From Felis catus (taxonomy: Eukaryota), in NCBI RefSeq assembly GCF_018350175.1, contig NC_058368.1, forward strand, positions 39,248,001-39,312,000: a stretch of 64,000 bases of DNA, in the 5' to 3' direction. Below the pieces are notes generated by a model. The model was not told the DNA's origin, did no database searches, and saw only the letters and a program-made list of their open reading frames with translations. This document shows, piece after piece, positions 26,539 to 40,281 of this stretch. The position numbers were made by a program, and so were the translations under genes. How positions within the stretch are numbered: the stretch's first letter is position 1; each line of letters opens with the position of its first letter.

Positions 26539-26879
26539 CAATTTTTTTCTTATATTGATGATTATAATAGACTTGTTATAAGACTATAACTCAACTTTTC
26601 TATAAGTAAAGCAGATATTCAGCAATGTGTTAGTCACTGACTCTTCTTTTCTGTCAGATTTTTAAAATTACAAGTAAGAAGCAAAGACTCAATATGGCAA
26701 TATATTGTTTTAGCAGATATCTGGATAAAATTGATAGGCAGTTTCTGTCCTTACTTTTTAGTTGTTTTTTTTAACAGTATCACAAGGAGAAAATAGGGCA
26801 TTATATCTCATAAAATATTTTAGGAAAGCTACATTTCAGTATAGATTTAAACTAGTATGAGTGAGTAGCATGAGTTTCT

Positions 26880-27045
26880 AGTGTTTTATTTATGTTTATT
26901 CATTTAATTCCTGCAATAACTCTATGAGGTAGGTAGAAACGTATGTCTGTTTTTACAGATGAGGGAAGTGAGGCATAGAGACATTAAGAAACTTATTAAA
27001 GGCTGTGGCCCAGGCAGTGGAGCTCCAGGGTCTATGTGCATAATC
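26880..27045 (-). mobile_element. MIR
   Basis: taactctatgaggtagg...ttttacagatgagggaagtgaggcatagag MIR core. Confidence 0.8.
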
Positions 27046-27637
27046 AGTACACTCTATAGACTTTGAGTGTTTTAGCGATGACCACAATCACATATATTAT
27101 AGTTTAAAAGATAAATTTGCAATGTTGAATGTTCTTCAGTCTAAATTTCTGTTTTTCCTTTTCTCCAGATATTTTTCTAATTATTTCCAATAATTTACTT
27201 TTTTCATTAAGAAAGAAGTATATATTACTAATATCTCTAGGTTTTCTTATGATATAAGGAAAACAATTGGAATAAAATTATAAATGTAAAATGATTACTG
27301 TTAAGTGCTCACTCTAAATGAGCAAAACATTTGGCAAGTTATCACGGGTTTTGTTATCAATTGTTATGTGACTGTGGACCATTTACAGTGATGAGAAAGG
27401 AGATTTTAAGTTACTTCATCTTCTTGTAATCTTTCGTCTCTAAATTAGTTCTTCTGAGTCCCTCCGTTTTTTAACTCTTTGGCATTACTCTGTTTTGTCA
27501 TCTGATGTAATAAGACCCAGATTAATAACTATGCAGTTAGTGTTATCTTCTAATTAACCACAAAAATCTAATATATATCTTTAGATACAGTAAGATTTTT
27601 CTTCAGATAGTGAGACAGATAGTGATAGGAGATGCGT

Positions 27638-27644
27638 ATGTGTG

Positions 27645-27700
<56 letters not shown>
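27638..27700. repeat. (TG)n(TA)n microsatellite
   Basis: Direct observation. Confidence 0.95.
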
Positions 27701-27702
<2 letters not shown>

Positions 27703-28079
27703 TGTCATTGGCTGATAGATTTGTTATCACACTTAATTGCAAGTACACTTATTTATCTATGACCAGATACAGAGAATCTCTTAAAAACATAGCATGGATT
27801 TTTAAGCATCAATTATTACTGGATGGGGGATATTGTCCCCAATAAGAGGCTTTCAGTGTTTTCATATAATTTAAAAAATTACAAGTTTCAAAAAGGTTAA
27901 TTTTTATCTAATTTTATAAAATTCCATAATAGAATAAGTAGACTTAAGTCAAAAAGAACAGAGTGATAGTTGTATTCATCATATCATGGCTATTCTAAAA
28001 TAATGGAATGAGGAATATTGGTTAATTATATTCAATATACTCATTATATTTCATTTTTAACAACTTGTTTTCAAAGTGA

Positions 28080-29065
28080 AGCATCAGGGGCACAGTGGTA
28101 AACAACACTATCAAGACACTGATCCCATGTAGATCATTATTCAGTCTGTGGAGACTAGTAGTAAATAAAAAGATAACTCAAATTTTAATAAATGCTTGTA
28201 GAAATTAATTAAGTGATGAAACTTCAAAGGAATGATGATGCTATTTTATATAAAGCAATCTGGAAGCCTCTTTGAGAAAGTGTAATATGACCTGAGACCT
28301 GATAGATGAGAATGTGTCAGCTGTCAAAGCAAGAGTCCTAATTTGAGGGTGGTGCATTATGATAAAGGTAAAGAAGAGAGACCAACTGATATGGCTGGAG
28401 CAAAGAAAGGAAAAGTAAGGGGTTGAATAAATTGGAGATTTAGTCAAGACTAAGGTTATATTATTTCTGATTGCAAGGGGTGACTTTGGCGTATATGTAG
28501 GGAAAATTCTGTGGCTTCTCCAGGTGGTATTGGAATAATAGGCTTCTGTGGTTGTTGTTCCAGAAGAGATATTCACATATGCATTGTTTATCTTTTTCTT
28601 TTTGGAATGAGAATCTGTTTGATTGTGGTTTTATTTACTGAGATGAAAATGCTGGGAGCACAACAAGCCAGAAGGAGTTAGATGAGTGGTGAGAAAAACA
28701 AAAGCTCTGTTTTGACACATTTTATTTATTTATTTATTTACTTACTTACTTACTTACTTACTTACATTTGTTTTGTTTTGTCTTGGTACATTTTAAGTTT
28801 GGGAGGTCTATTAGATATCTAACTTGAAATAAATATTAAAATGTGTTGTGGAACTTAGTGAAGAGTTGGTAGATACAGATTTAGATTTTTAAAAACATCG
28901 TAAATCTATTTTTAGCTAAAAACATATAATTGTATAACCAAGCTCATGAATAGAATGTAGAGAGAATAGATTGGGCCCCAAATCAGGCTGGAAGATGGGA
29001 GAGAAGCCAATGTGAGGATGAAGGGAGCAGTGAGTAAGGAAAGAGAAACACCAGGAACCTATGTC
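28080..29065 (-). mobile_element. L2 remnants with a (TTTA)n(CTTA)n microsatellite
   Basis: Degenerate L2-like purine-rich segments (gtttgacacatt...ttgggaggtctattagatatc). Confidence 0.55.
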
Positions 29066-30947
29066 ATCAGTGTGGTGTCAGGGATCATGGGTGATTGTAT
29101 GTCTCATGTAAACTCTTCCACTCCTAGATCTGTAGTTAATTTGGAAATACATTTCTCACAGATGCTTAATTATCTTCTAATCTTAATGAATTTTACATGC
29201 CAAAAGCAAAATGCTAAGGTTTTTAAAAGGTGTAGTTCTCGATTCTACTTTATTTCTTAGTTTTCTTGACTCATGCCTCTCTGTCAATCTAATGTTTTCT
29301 GCTTTGAAGGTATCAGGAAAAATAGTTGTAAAGTCTTCATCCTTAATCTATTTATCCTTAAGTCGTTTGATCATTTTGTTCAGCGCTTTTGTTAATCCCT
29401 TTTGTACCTATTTGGGATCTAGGAGCAGTAGTTTTGTCCAGTTCTATAAGTCTCCTGTCTGTCTTCTTTTTAACTATTGAGTCTGCCGATTATTTCTTAA
29501 GCCCATCTTTTTCTTGTAATATCTTGCTCAGCATATTCAGTAGCAACCAGAACATATTTTTAACCTTCTGTTTTCTAACATTTTCCCTTAAAGCTTCTGA
29601 CTGAGGAAACAATATTCTTTCCTACTTAGAACAGACAGCAGTATTAATAATTTTGTCACTACCTGATACAGATAATCATCTCTTCAACATTCAGGAATAA
29701 TTTTGTCACAGATTCCTCTCAGATTCCAGGCCAGATATTATTGTTTTGAGAGTTGCACCCTTCTTTTGGTACTGATTTCTGTATCACTTTTCCTCCTATT
29801 TTACATGACAGAACTGGTTATAAGACTTTAACCCAAATTCATGGAGGCTGGGGAATTTAGAAGGTGATGGGAATTTTCTGAGCACTAACAGTATTGTCCA
29901 CATTACATTATAATGATTTCTCTTTTAACTTCTTCCCTTTTCCTTCCTAACTTCTTTCCTTTTTTCTTCCTTTTGGTAGAAAAGAAGAAAGAGCAGGACA
30001 GAAGACAGAATCAGGTCTGCATAAGAATGAAAGACTGGGTTCCCAAGAAAATGTGTTTGAGTTGGGGTTACTTATAGGAAGTTGTGGAAAAGCGACAGAA
30101 TGTAAGCTCAGACTTGAAAGATGAACATTTTATTTTCTCAGGATAGAAAGATTGGATAGAGTAATGATTTCCAAAACTGGCTCATCAAAATCTCAAGTTT
30201 CTTTTTTTACAAGTATAAACACCAGTTTTCATCCTAGACCCATGAAATGAGACTTGCCAAATATAGTACTCTGCATTTTATGTTTGCTGAAAATATAGTA
30301 TCTCCATTTTATGCATCTTTCTATATTGTGAAAAGAATGTTCTACTTCCTCTGGTTCACAAACTGTTCTTTTCATAATATAGGGAGCTCAAATCAATTCT
30401 TGATATTAAAAAAATCACCAGTTTGATCACCACAGTAGAATTCTAAACTTCATGAATCTGTGTCATGATCTTTAATTGCTTTGCTTAATATTGTGACATT
30501 TTTAGGGTTCCAAGTAATTTTTCAGTACCAGGAAAGGTCTACAAGGCTCGTTACAGAAATCTGACTCATACTTTGTGATTACTAAGATTAGTAATTCTAA
30601 GCTGGCACATAGATAATTTGGAGAAAATCAGTTTAAATAAATGTTTTTGTGATGCTTTAATTTGACTACATTAGCATCATATTACTAACATAACTTACAT
30701 AAGTTTCTTCAAAATTGAAAGTATCTGTTTTAGAAGTTAGATCTCAGTTTCAGGCAGGGTATCAGCATGAAACAGATGGCACAGTCAAATTAGAATACTT
30801 CAGGGAGTTTTTAATAAAGAGAATATTTATGAAAGTGTGAACAGAGTATAGCATATCAGAAAGGATGGTATGATTCTTAGGAGCTAATAATGGCAAAGCT
30901 AGGACCACTTCTAGGACTAAAAGAAGGAAGGTAGGGAGCAATTACCG

Positions 30948-31016
30948 AAAGGAAAGGAAAGGAAAGGGAAGGGAAGGGAAGGGAAGGGAAGGGAAGGGAA
31001 GGGAAGGGAAGGGAAG
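30948..31016. repeat. (GGAAA)n(GGGAA)n pentanucleotide repeat inside an old LTR-like segment
   Basis: Direct observation. Confidence 0.95.
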
Positions 31017-31289
31017 ACGATAGCTTGGGAGGCACAGCCACCTCCATTCAACCTACCCTACTCCAGAACGAGGGTAACCCTGTAGGGAAGGAGCCAGAGT
31101 AAGAAATGCCCTCACTTCACTGTCCTACTTTTGGCTGACTGCCTTCCAGGGATCTCATTGACTGACATACACCAGTAGCTAGAAAATAAGAATCGCAACA
31201 GATAATGTGATTTTTCTGCAAATGTTCTTTTCCCATATGTTGTATCAAGTTAAATCGGATGTTGGGCCCAACCTATGAGTAAGGTCATT

Positions 31290-31680
31290 GTTCAATTAAT
31301 CTGCATGGACTGCCATAACAAAATACCACAGGCTTCGTAAAACGATGGAAATTTAATTTCTTGTTTCACATTGCTGGAGGCTAGAAGTCCAATATAAAGT
31401 GTGTCAGCAGGGCTGGTTTCCAGTGAAGAGACTCTCAGCTTGCAGACTGCTGCCGTTTCACTGTGTGCTCACATGGTCTTTCCTTTGTGTGCAAATGCAC
31501 AGATTTCTGGTCTCTCTTCCTCTTCTTATAAAGACACCAGTCCTATTGGATTAGGACCCCACCCTATAACCTCATTTAATTTTCGTTATCTCTATAAAGG
31601 CCCTGTCTCCAAATACAGCCACATTGGGGGTTAGGGCATCAGCATATCAATTTTGGGGGAATATAGTTCAGTCCATAACA
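31290..31680 (-). mobile_element. MaLR LTR (MLT1A-like)
   Basis: gccataacaaaataccacag...ctggaggctagaagtcc...ttcagtccataaca. Confidence 0.85.
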
Positions 31681-32414
31681 TAGGGGATATTCTTAAGATG
31701 AGTCTATTTTATTAGTTCAAAATCATGACTACTTCATCCCGTAAAGCTAGTTAATAATGGTAATTAGTCTATTTTTATAGGCATAAATTTTGAAATATGT
31801 GATAAAGAGTAAGTTTTAAAGTTACATATCAATCTTCTAATATATCTATTGTTCTTATCTGTTTTACATATTGATAAAGTACATTTTTTTATGAAGGAGT
31901 TAAGGAGTTATAAATAAAAAGGTTTTTTTTTAAGGATGCCTTTCAATTTTAGGAACTTCGTAAATTACATAGCTGAAATTCCAAAACTGAATCTTAGAGT
32001 GATTTCTACTCCTATTTTGAGAGAGTAACAGTTTGAGTACTCCCTAGATTCCACTATTGACAAATGATCACTTTTGAGGCAAGCAATGAGAAGTTTTTTA
32101 ATCCTTATTATTTGACAAAATTATTTTAATTTCTTACATTATGTGTTGTGCGTTCTTATTAAAATGCTAGCTAGTAATATTCCGACCTCTGTTGGGTATT
32201 TATTTAAAATATCAAGAACTCAAAAGCTAATTTTCTTTGGGTTTGCTTTAACTGTTAAGTCCATTTATCACTTTTTTTTCTAAAGGCCATGATGATCTGT
32301 GAATCTACATTGCCCAACAGGAGTGATTTCAATTGTTAAAATTATCACCAAGATTCTAAACGTGTTCAGTAAAGGAAAGGTATTTTTTTCTATCCATATC
32401 AATACATTTTACTT

Positions 32415-32624
32415 TTTTATTATTTTTTTAAGTTTATTTATTTATTTTGAGAGAGGGAGAGCATAGTGGGGGAGGAACAGAGAGAGCAGAGAGAGAGAAT
32501 CCCGAACAGCTTCTGCACTGTCAGTGTAGAGCCTGATGTGGGGCTCAAGCTCATGAACCAGGAGATCATGACCTAAGCTGAAATCAAGAGTTGGACACTT
32601 GACTAATTGACCAGGTACCCCCCC
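32415..32624 (-). mobile_element. CAN-SINE
   Basis: Perfect TSD CCATATCAATACATTTT. Confidence 0.94.
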
Positions 32625-32644
32625 CATATCAATACATTTTTTTT

Positions 32645-33672
32645 CTTAGATATGGTCCCTAAAGAATAAGTGACAAAAGAAAAAATTATATAAATTGGAC
32701 TTCATCAACACTAAAAACTGTTGTGCTTCAAAGGACACCATCAAGTGAAAAGATAATTCATAGAATAAGAAAAAATGTTTGCAGATCATATATTTGACTA
32801 CTTGTATCCAGAAGTAGTAAAAAAATCTCTTACAACTACTGAAAAAAAAGATGAATAGCCTAATTAAAATTGGTTAAATGATTTGAATAGACATTTCTTC
32901 AAAAATACATACAAAGTACCATGAAAAGATGCTCTAATTCAGTAGCCATCTGAGAAATCAATATCATTTCACACTCTCTAGGATGACTGTCACAAAAAAA
33001 AAACTAGATAATAACAAATAATGGTCAGGATGTGGAGAAATTAGAACATCCCTATATTGCTTATGAAGATATTAAATTGTGCAGTTCTTTGAAAAACAGC
33101 CTGGCTGTTCATCAAAATGTTAAACATAAAGTTTCCATATGACTAATCAATTCAGCTTCTAGGTATAGAGCCAATAGAAAGTATACGTCCAAACAAAAAC
33201 TTGTAAATGAAAGTTATTAGCATTATTCATACCAGCCAAAAAGTATAAAGAGCCCACATGTCTATCAAATAATAATGCATAAGCAAATGTGGTATATCCA
33301 TACAATGGAATATTATTCAGCAATAAAAAAATGAAGTACTGATGCATAAAATACACAGGTGAACCTTGAAAATATTGTGCTAAGTGAAATCCAGTCACAA
33401 AAGACTACATAGTGTATGATTCCATTTATATAAAATGCCCAGAATATGCATATCCAAAGTGACAGCAAATGGAGTTGTGGTTGCTGGCAGCTAGGGTTAG
33501 GGAAATGGGAAATGACTGCTAACAGGTATGGGATTCCTCTAGGAAGATGTATATTTTCTAAAATTAGATAGTTGTGATGGCTACACACCTCCTGTGAGTG
33601 TACTAAAAACTTATTTCTATACTTCAGATGGGTGAATTTATGGCATGTGAATGTTATCTCAATAAAGCTATT
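32645..33672 (+). mobile_element. Old L1 (L1MB-type) 3' part
   Basis: Degenerate ORF2 end and 3'UTR ending tatctcaataaagct. Confidence 0.85.
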
Positions 33673-34611
33673 TAGAATCATGACAGTTTAAGTGTGTAAA
33701 CATCTCACCTGTTGTTGTTGTTGCTGTTGTTGTTTTTTTTTGGCTGATGTTCTTATTAAACTGTTGAAAACTAAATTCTCTTTTAGAGAGATTCCAATAG
33801 TGTACACATTGATTAGAATAAGAGCTTATTCAAGAACATAGTTAAAATCACCGTATCTTAAAACTTTATAAAATCATGTCACTTGAATAGGCCAGTTTGT
33901 GGAGGTGATATAAGTGGAGACATTTGCTGAGTTCTCTCCTGTTCAGTCTCTTGTTGATATATCAGGTTCTAAATATAATTATGTTGGATTTGTAGGAACT
34001 ACACTAAGTATTTTAAGCTCATATTATTTCTTTTACAAAAACGTACATAGTGTTGAAACATGTGGTGTCTGGGTGCAATCCAAACATCATCACAACTTTC
34101 TAAGTTTACAAGATAATGCCCAGTTTATCTCCCAAATGGTTTTATAAAGTTATATTTCCAAAAACAGATTATGAGAATTCCCGTTTTACTAGACCACCAC
34201 CAATGTTGAGTATTAGCATGCTTGCGCAACAATTTTTCAGCCTACCTGGAAAATGAGAGTTAACAGCTATAAAACATCCTCTCCCCAGTAATGTCTGGAA
34301 CATGGGAAGCACTATTCTTAGTACGTCAACTAGTTGTTATTAGACTTTGTCTTACTTTTAGTAGTAGTAGTATTTTTAGTAGTCTAATAGTACTTTTAGT
34401 ATTACTGTTACTAGTAATAGAACTAGTAAGAATGATTCTCTTGTATGATTCAACAAATTAACATTGATTTCAATTTAATAACATAATAGCATTTGAATCT
34501 AGACAATTCACCACCATGAGTTGATCGCCATATTTAAGAGTGAAGTCACCAAAAGCACATTATGTAAAACAATAGTCTAGGTTAAAGGTGACTTTTAAAA
34601 GCATACACTTT

Positions 34612-34852
34612 GAGGTACCTGGATGGCTCAGTCAGTTAAGTATCCAACTCTTGATTTTAGTTCAGGTTATGATCTCACAGTTGGTGGGATCAGGCCCCAT
34701 GTTGGGCTCTACGCTGACAGCATGGAGCCTGCTTGGGATTCATTCATTCATTCATTCATTCATTCTCTCTCTCTCTCTCTCTCTTTCTCTGCCCCTCCCC
34801 CACTCACATTTTCTCTGTCTCTCAAAATAAATAAATAACCTTTGAAAAAATA
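34612..34852 (+). mobile_element. CAN-SINE (older subfamily) directly upstream of the SP3 retrocopy
   Basis: SINE head gaggtacctggatggctcag, (CATT)n(CT)n, A-tail. Confidence 0.94.
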
Positions 34853-35798
34853 TAAAAGCATACACTACAAGGGAACCAGCAACAAGAAGGAAAAAGACTT
34901 TTTGGAGGGTAGCTTGCCCCTGTCCCAACCGTAAAGAATGTGGTGGAGAGGTAGCAATCTTGGAAAAAAGAAGCAACACATTTGTCCTATACCAGGATGT
35001 GGTAAAGTCCATGGGAAGACCTCACATCTTAGAGCTCATCTGCATTGGCATTCTGGGGAGCACCCTTTTGTTTGTAACTGGATGTTCAGTGGTAAAAGAT
35101 TTACTCGAATTATTTACTTGAATTATAGAAGCACAGAAGAACATGTACAGGTAAGAAGAAATTTGTCCAGAATGTTTAAAATGCTTTCTGAGAAGTGACC
35201 ACCTTGCCAAACATATTAAAACACATCAGAATAAAAACAAGGTATTCACTTTAGCAGTACAGTCCTGGCATCTGTGGAAGCTGCATGAGATGATGCTTTG
35301 ATTATTGCCGGAGGACACACTTATCCTTGCGAATATTCAACAAAGTTCTGTTTCAGATATAGGAACCACTAATACGTCCACCACTAGCAATCAAGATACC
35401 CTTACCAACACTGAAATACCTTTATAGCTTGTCACAGTCTCTGGAAATGAGATAGTGGAACAAATATTACACAAAGACTTACTCATTGTGGTTATTTTTA
35501 TACAGTGGTGAGAATATTGTTCTTAAGTTTTTAGATATCCTTTTATTAATGTGCAAAAATTTTTGGATTGACAGTAACTTGGTTATTTAAACATGACACT
35601 GAAATGCCTTACTTTGTATGATATTCCATAGCATATTAAAAATGGTAAAATTGCATGGGTTTTGTAGGTACTTTTGGAATCTAGAAGAAATGAAATTTTG
35701 CCAAGTTACATAAAGAGAAAATTGAATATAACAATGTGAATGGTAGTCTAACTAAATGCATCAATGCTGTGGTTTGGAATAGAAATGAGAACATGTTG

Positions 35799-36000
35799 GA
35801 GGCTCCTGGGTGGCTCAGTCAGTTAAGCATCAGCCTTTGGCTCAGGTCATAAGCTCATGTTCATGAGTTTAAGCCCCATGTCAGGCTCTGTGCTGACAGC
35901 TCAGAGCCTGGACGCTGCTTCGCATTCTGTGCCTCCCTTTCTTTGCCCCTTGCCCACCCCACCCCCTCAAAAAAAAAAGTAAATAAACATTAAAACAATT
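35799..36000 (+). mobile_element. CAN-SINE nested in the SP3 retrocopy 3'UTR
   Basis: TSD AGAACATGTTG at 35788 and 36001. Confidence 0.94.
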
Positions 36001-37083
36001 AGAACATGTTGATATTTATCTGTTGTAGGATTTTTAAAAAAATGTTGTGGGGGTCAAAGAAATCATGTTATGATAAAAAAATTTTTTTTGTAATTTTCTT
36101 GATGACTGTAATTTCTAGGTGTAACTGACAAATCAAGTTTCCAAGCGAATGTTACATAGTATATGCACACTTTACTTAGTTTATCAGTTTGTCATTTTGA
36201 AGCTAATTATTTTAATTACTTTTAAGCATTACTCTTGTAAGACTTTGAAAACTACATTTTAACTTGGAACTCTAAGGATAGTCACCCTTCAAATCCTGTT
36301 GGTAAGCCACATTTAATATTTAATTTACCAAAATAATGTCTTGTTAATACTCTTTCAATAACGAAGTTGAGCATATAACCAATGTTTAAAAAAAAGTTTA
36401 AAATGTATAGGTTGAGGTATTTGGGTGGTAAGAAAATGTTACAATGAATTATCCCTTTTCTTGAATATGGGAAGACCAAAAAAATAAGGTATGTTGTGTC
36501 TTAACAGTGATTTTTTTTATCCAGTCTTGTTTGGAAAAACCATATGCCTGCCACAGCCTTAAAAGCCATCATGTAAATTACCAGTAAAGTATAACATATT
36601 CAAACATAACAAAATCACTTCCATAGTGGTGATACTCTAACAATATGGATATTCGTCATAGAAAACTAGAGGTTTATGATTTTTGTAAGTATTTTTTGTC
36701 TAGGTAGTCAGCGTACTTAAATATCAACTATCTTCCCTTTTCACTTCTTCTCTTAAAATTTATATGTATCCAGTACATTTAATTGTATCTTTTTTTATTA
36801 TGCTAAATTTTCCTTTTATTTTTTTAATTACCTTTTATATTTTCAATTATTAAAAAGTATACAAAATAAACTTTCATTGCTGCTCTTGTAAGAGTTTTAC
36901 AGTTTTCCTAAATGTATCCCTATAACTGCAGCAGTTCACCTATTTCAAAAATTTGGAATTCTGTTCATTTGTTGTCTTTAAGAGCACCTCAAATTTAAAG
37001 GCTACCTTATTGTACGTTTAAAGTGTATTATAACAGTGTGGTAGTTAATGAAATACTACTTTTTCTTTTGAAAATAAACATGT

Positions 37084-37084
37084 A

Positions 37085-37126
<42 letters not shown>

Positions 37127-37217
37127 ATATATGTATATATATACATATACATATACATATGCATATGTATATATATGTATATATATACATATGCATATAT
37201 ATATATGTATATATATA
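37084..37217. repeat. (TA)/(CA) compound microsatellite at the 3' end of the SP3 retrocopy
   Basis: Direct observation. Confidence 0.95.
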
Positions 37218-38379
37218 AGCTTTAAAAAAATAAATAAAAGCATACACTTTAGCAAGTTTGTGGGAAATTGTTCTAATATGAGCTGGGTGATGTCTTCTAC
37301 TATGCTACTCATCATTCACTAACTATTCCCAGGTTGGCAAACAAACAAACAAACAAAAAATAGAAATCAACGTGTATCTTTCCAACAGATTAAAATTTTC
37401 AAACACCAACTATTAACATGCCAAATTTTAATAAGCTTAGTGGTACACAAGGCTTAAAGATTTATAAGTGCTTTCAAATCAACCTTGTAGAAAATACAAT
37501 ATAACCTTCAAATAACCCTGGCTTGATGTGATAGTGGAGTGGAATAAAATTTCTTCAGTTGTTTGTTGGAAGGAAACCATAATGAGAACACTTCATAAGT
37601 GGATTAGAAAAATTTCCTATTGAATATATTACTAGTGTATCGTGAGCAATCTTCACATCCATCTATCAATCAAAAACTGCCATTAATCAAGAATCAATAA
37701 ATGTTTCTTTCTTGGGGCATAACTTAGGCACTTGCAATTATTGAAAACAAACCAAATTATAATCGCTCAATTATAAAAATTGTTAATGTTTTAAAAATTA
37801 CAAAAATATTTTCCTAAGATGATTTAAGAAAAATAGCTACAACTTAGTGCAAATTCCCCCCTTAAAATCAAAGCCTTCACTGAACAATAAAATGTCAAAT
37901 ACCCGCTTCCCATTCAGCATTCTCTATCTCCTTCCCCACTGAATTTTTTTTCACAGTACTTGTCATATCTGATACACTATATATTTTGTTTATATGCATA
38001 TTGTCTTTTTACTCTCACAAAATACGAAATTCTTGAGGGAAGGGATTTCATTCACTGCTAAATCCTTTGCACTTGTAATATGCATACACTTAGTAAAACT
38101 TTTTGGAAAGAAGAAAAGAAAGAAGAAGGAAAAAAGAAGGGAAAATATATATATAAACATATTTAGGGTGTAACTTTCATGTTGATGTACTTATATGTAT
38201 TTAATTCAGGCATAATGTACTGTTGTATCTTTACTAATTCCCATCCCTCGTCTTTTCTACAATTAGCAATGAGAATTTTAAAAATATCTTCAATCTACAC
38301 ATGTAAGTACATTTTAAGATATGTATGCAATCATGTATACATTTAAAAAGTACACATCTGATATATCCTCATAAGACTT

Positions 38380-39220
38380 ACATTTTTTACTCCACTTTTT
38401 GTTTCATACAAAACTGCCTTTGTTTTTGTGTTCTTTGTTTTTGACACACATACAACTACTTCATCTATTTTATTCCTAAATTCGAGTAAAATTACATGAA
38501 TATATCATACTGATTTATTCATTTCCCTACTGATGACTATTTAGGTTAGTTCCAAGTTTGCTGTGAGAAAAAAATAATTAATGCTGAAGTGTACTTCTTT
38601 GAACACTCCCTAGTGTAAATAAACAAGAATTTCTCATATGTGCATAAATATTCACTGATTCAAGAGTGTGTATCTTTTACTTTACAAGTTTACAAGACAG
38701 TACCAATTAATCTCCCCAATGGTTATACAAAATAACATTTCCAAAAATAGATTATCATAGTTCCCATTTTATAACACCACCACCAACATTGAGCATTAGA
38801 ATGCTTTAATATTTTTTCTTCCAATCTGATAATTGTGACATGTTTTAATTTTAGTTTCCTGATGACCAGTGCATCTGAGCACTGTTTTCACATGCTTTAC
38901 CCATTTTTATCTATTTCTGGGTGAATTCCCATTTATTAGCTTTGTCCAATTTTATTGGAACTTTTATTCTTATCACTTCAAAAGGACTGTCTTATACATT
39001 GTGGACACATATTTCTTTTCTGCTTATGGTAATATATTATGCCTATTAAATGGGATTTATTTGTTAAATGTAGTAAAATTCACCTATTTTATGATTTGTG
39101 CTACTTATGCTTTTTAAAGACCTTTTCTATACCAATTCTTAAAGATATGTCTTAATTTTCTCAATATTTGACTATTAAATTCCTCCATCTCTGAGGAATT
39201 TAATAGTTCTATTAAATTAA
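38380..39220 (-). mobile_element. Old L1ME-type fragments
   Basis: Degenerate reverse L1 3' sequence (tatttaggttagttccaa, ccaccaacattgagcatta). Confidence 0.6.
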
Positions 39221-39547
39221 CATATTTAATATGTCGGTACAGACAATCCCTGACTTAACAATGGTCTGACTTAGGATTTTCTGACTTTATGATGGTTCAG
39301 AAGCAATACATATTCAGTAGAAACCATACTTCAAATTTTTAATTGTGATGTTCTCCTGGGCTAGTGATATCTTGTGTGATAATGTCTCATGATGCTGGGT
39401 AGCCAGTCACAACTCCCGGTCAGCCACAGGATCACCTGCGTCAACAACCAACACATTTACAGCCAACCTTTACCTATATAGCCATTCTCATTTTTACTTT
39501 CAGTATAGTATTCCAGAAATTACAGGAAATATTCAACACTTTATTTT

Positions 39548-40002
39548 TTTTAATATGAAATTTATTGTCAATTGGTTTCCATACAACACCCAGTGCTCAT
39601 TCCAACAGGTGCCTTCCTCAATACCCATCACCCACCCTCCCCTTCCTCCCACCCCCCATCAACCCTCAGTTTGTCCTCAGTTTTTACAAGTCTCTTATAT
39701 TTTGGCTCCCTCCCTCTCTAACTTTTTTTTTCCTTCCCCTCCCCCATGGTCTTCCATTAAGTTTCTCAGGATCCACATAAGAGTGAACACATATGGTATC
39801 TGTCTTTCTCTGTATGGCTTATTTCACTTAGCATCACACTCTCCAGTTCCATCCATGTTGCTACAAAGAGCCATATTTCATTCTTTCTTATTGCCACGTA
39901 GTACTCCATTGTGTATATAAACCACAATTTCTTTATCCATTCATCAGTTGATGGACATTTAGGCTCTTTCCATAATTTGGCTATTTGTAGCAGCACTGTC
40001 AA
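39548..40002 (-). mobile_element. 5'-truncated felid L1 with a tiny 5' inversion
   Basis: [16 protein letters not shown]...LLCGS on the minus strand; TSD CAACACTTTATTTT at 39534 and 40003. Confidence 0.95.
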
Positions 40003-40030
40003 CAACACTTTATTTTAAAATACGCTTTGT

Positions 40031-40157
40031 GGGGGTGCCTGGGTGTCAGTTAAGCGTCCAACATATGGTTTTGGGTCAGGTCATGATCTCATGGTTTGTG
40101 AGTTCAAGCCCCATATTGGGCTCCATACTGACAGTACAGAGCCTGCTTGACATTCTC

Positions 40158-40221
<64 letters not shown>

Positions 40222-40281
40222 CCTCCCCTGCTCGCTCACTCTGTCTCCCTCTCAAAAATAAATAAACTTTTAAAAATAAAT
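40031..40281 (+). mobile_element. CAN-SINE
   Basis: SINE with long (CT)n; TSD aaaata(cg/gc)ctttgtg. Confidence 0.93.

Larger units (their letters stand above)
34867..37234 (+). pseudogene. SP3: 5'-truncated processed pseudogene of transcription factor Sp3 (buttonhead box, three zinc fingers, C-terminus, 3'UTR)
   Basis: [50 protein letters not shown] and Sp3-specific tail (STVLASVEAA, TNTEIPL, LVTVSGNE). No introns; frameshifts and stops. About 1.4 kb of 3'UTR with AATAAA at 37073. TSD AAAAGCATACACT. Confidence 0.95.

Noticed and set aside
34938..35198. 86-aa zinc-finger ORF as a functional retrogene
   Set aside because: Start comes from a frameshifted region; finger 2 has lost a cysteine and is frameshifted; in-frame stops downstream
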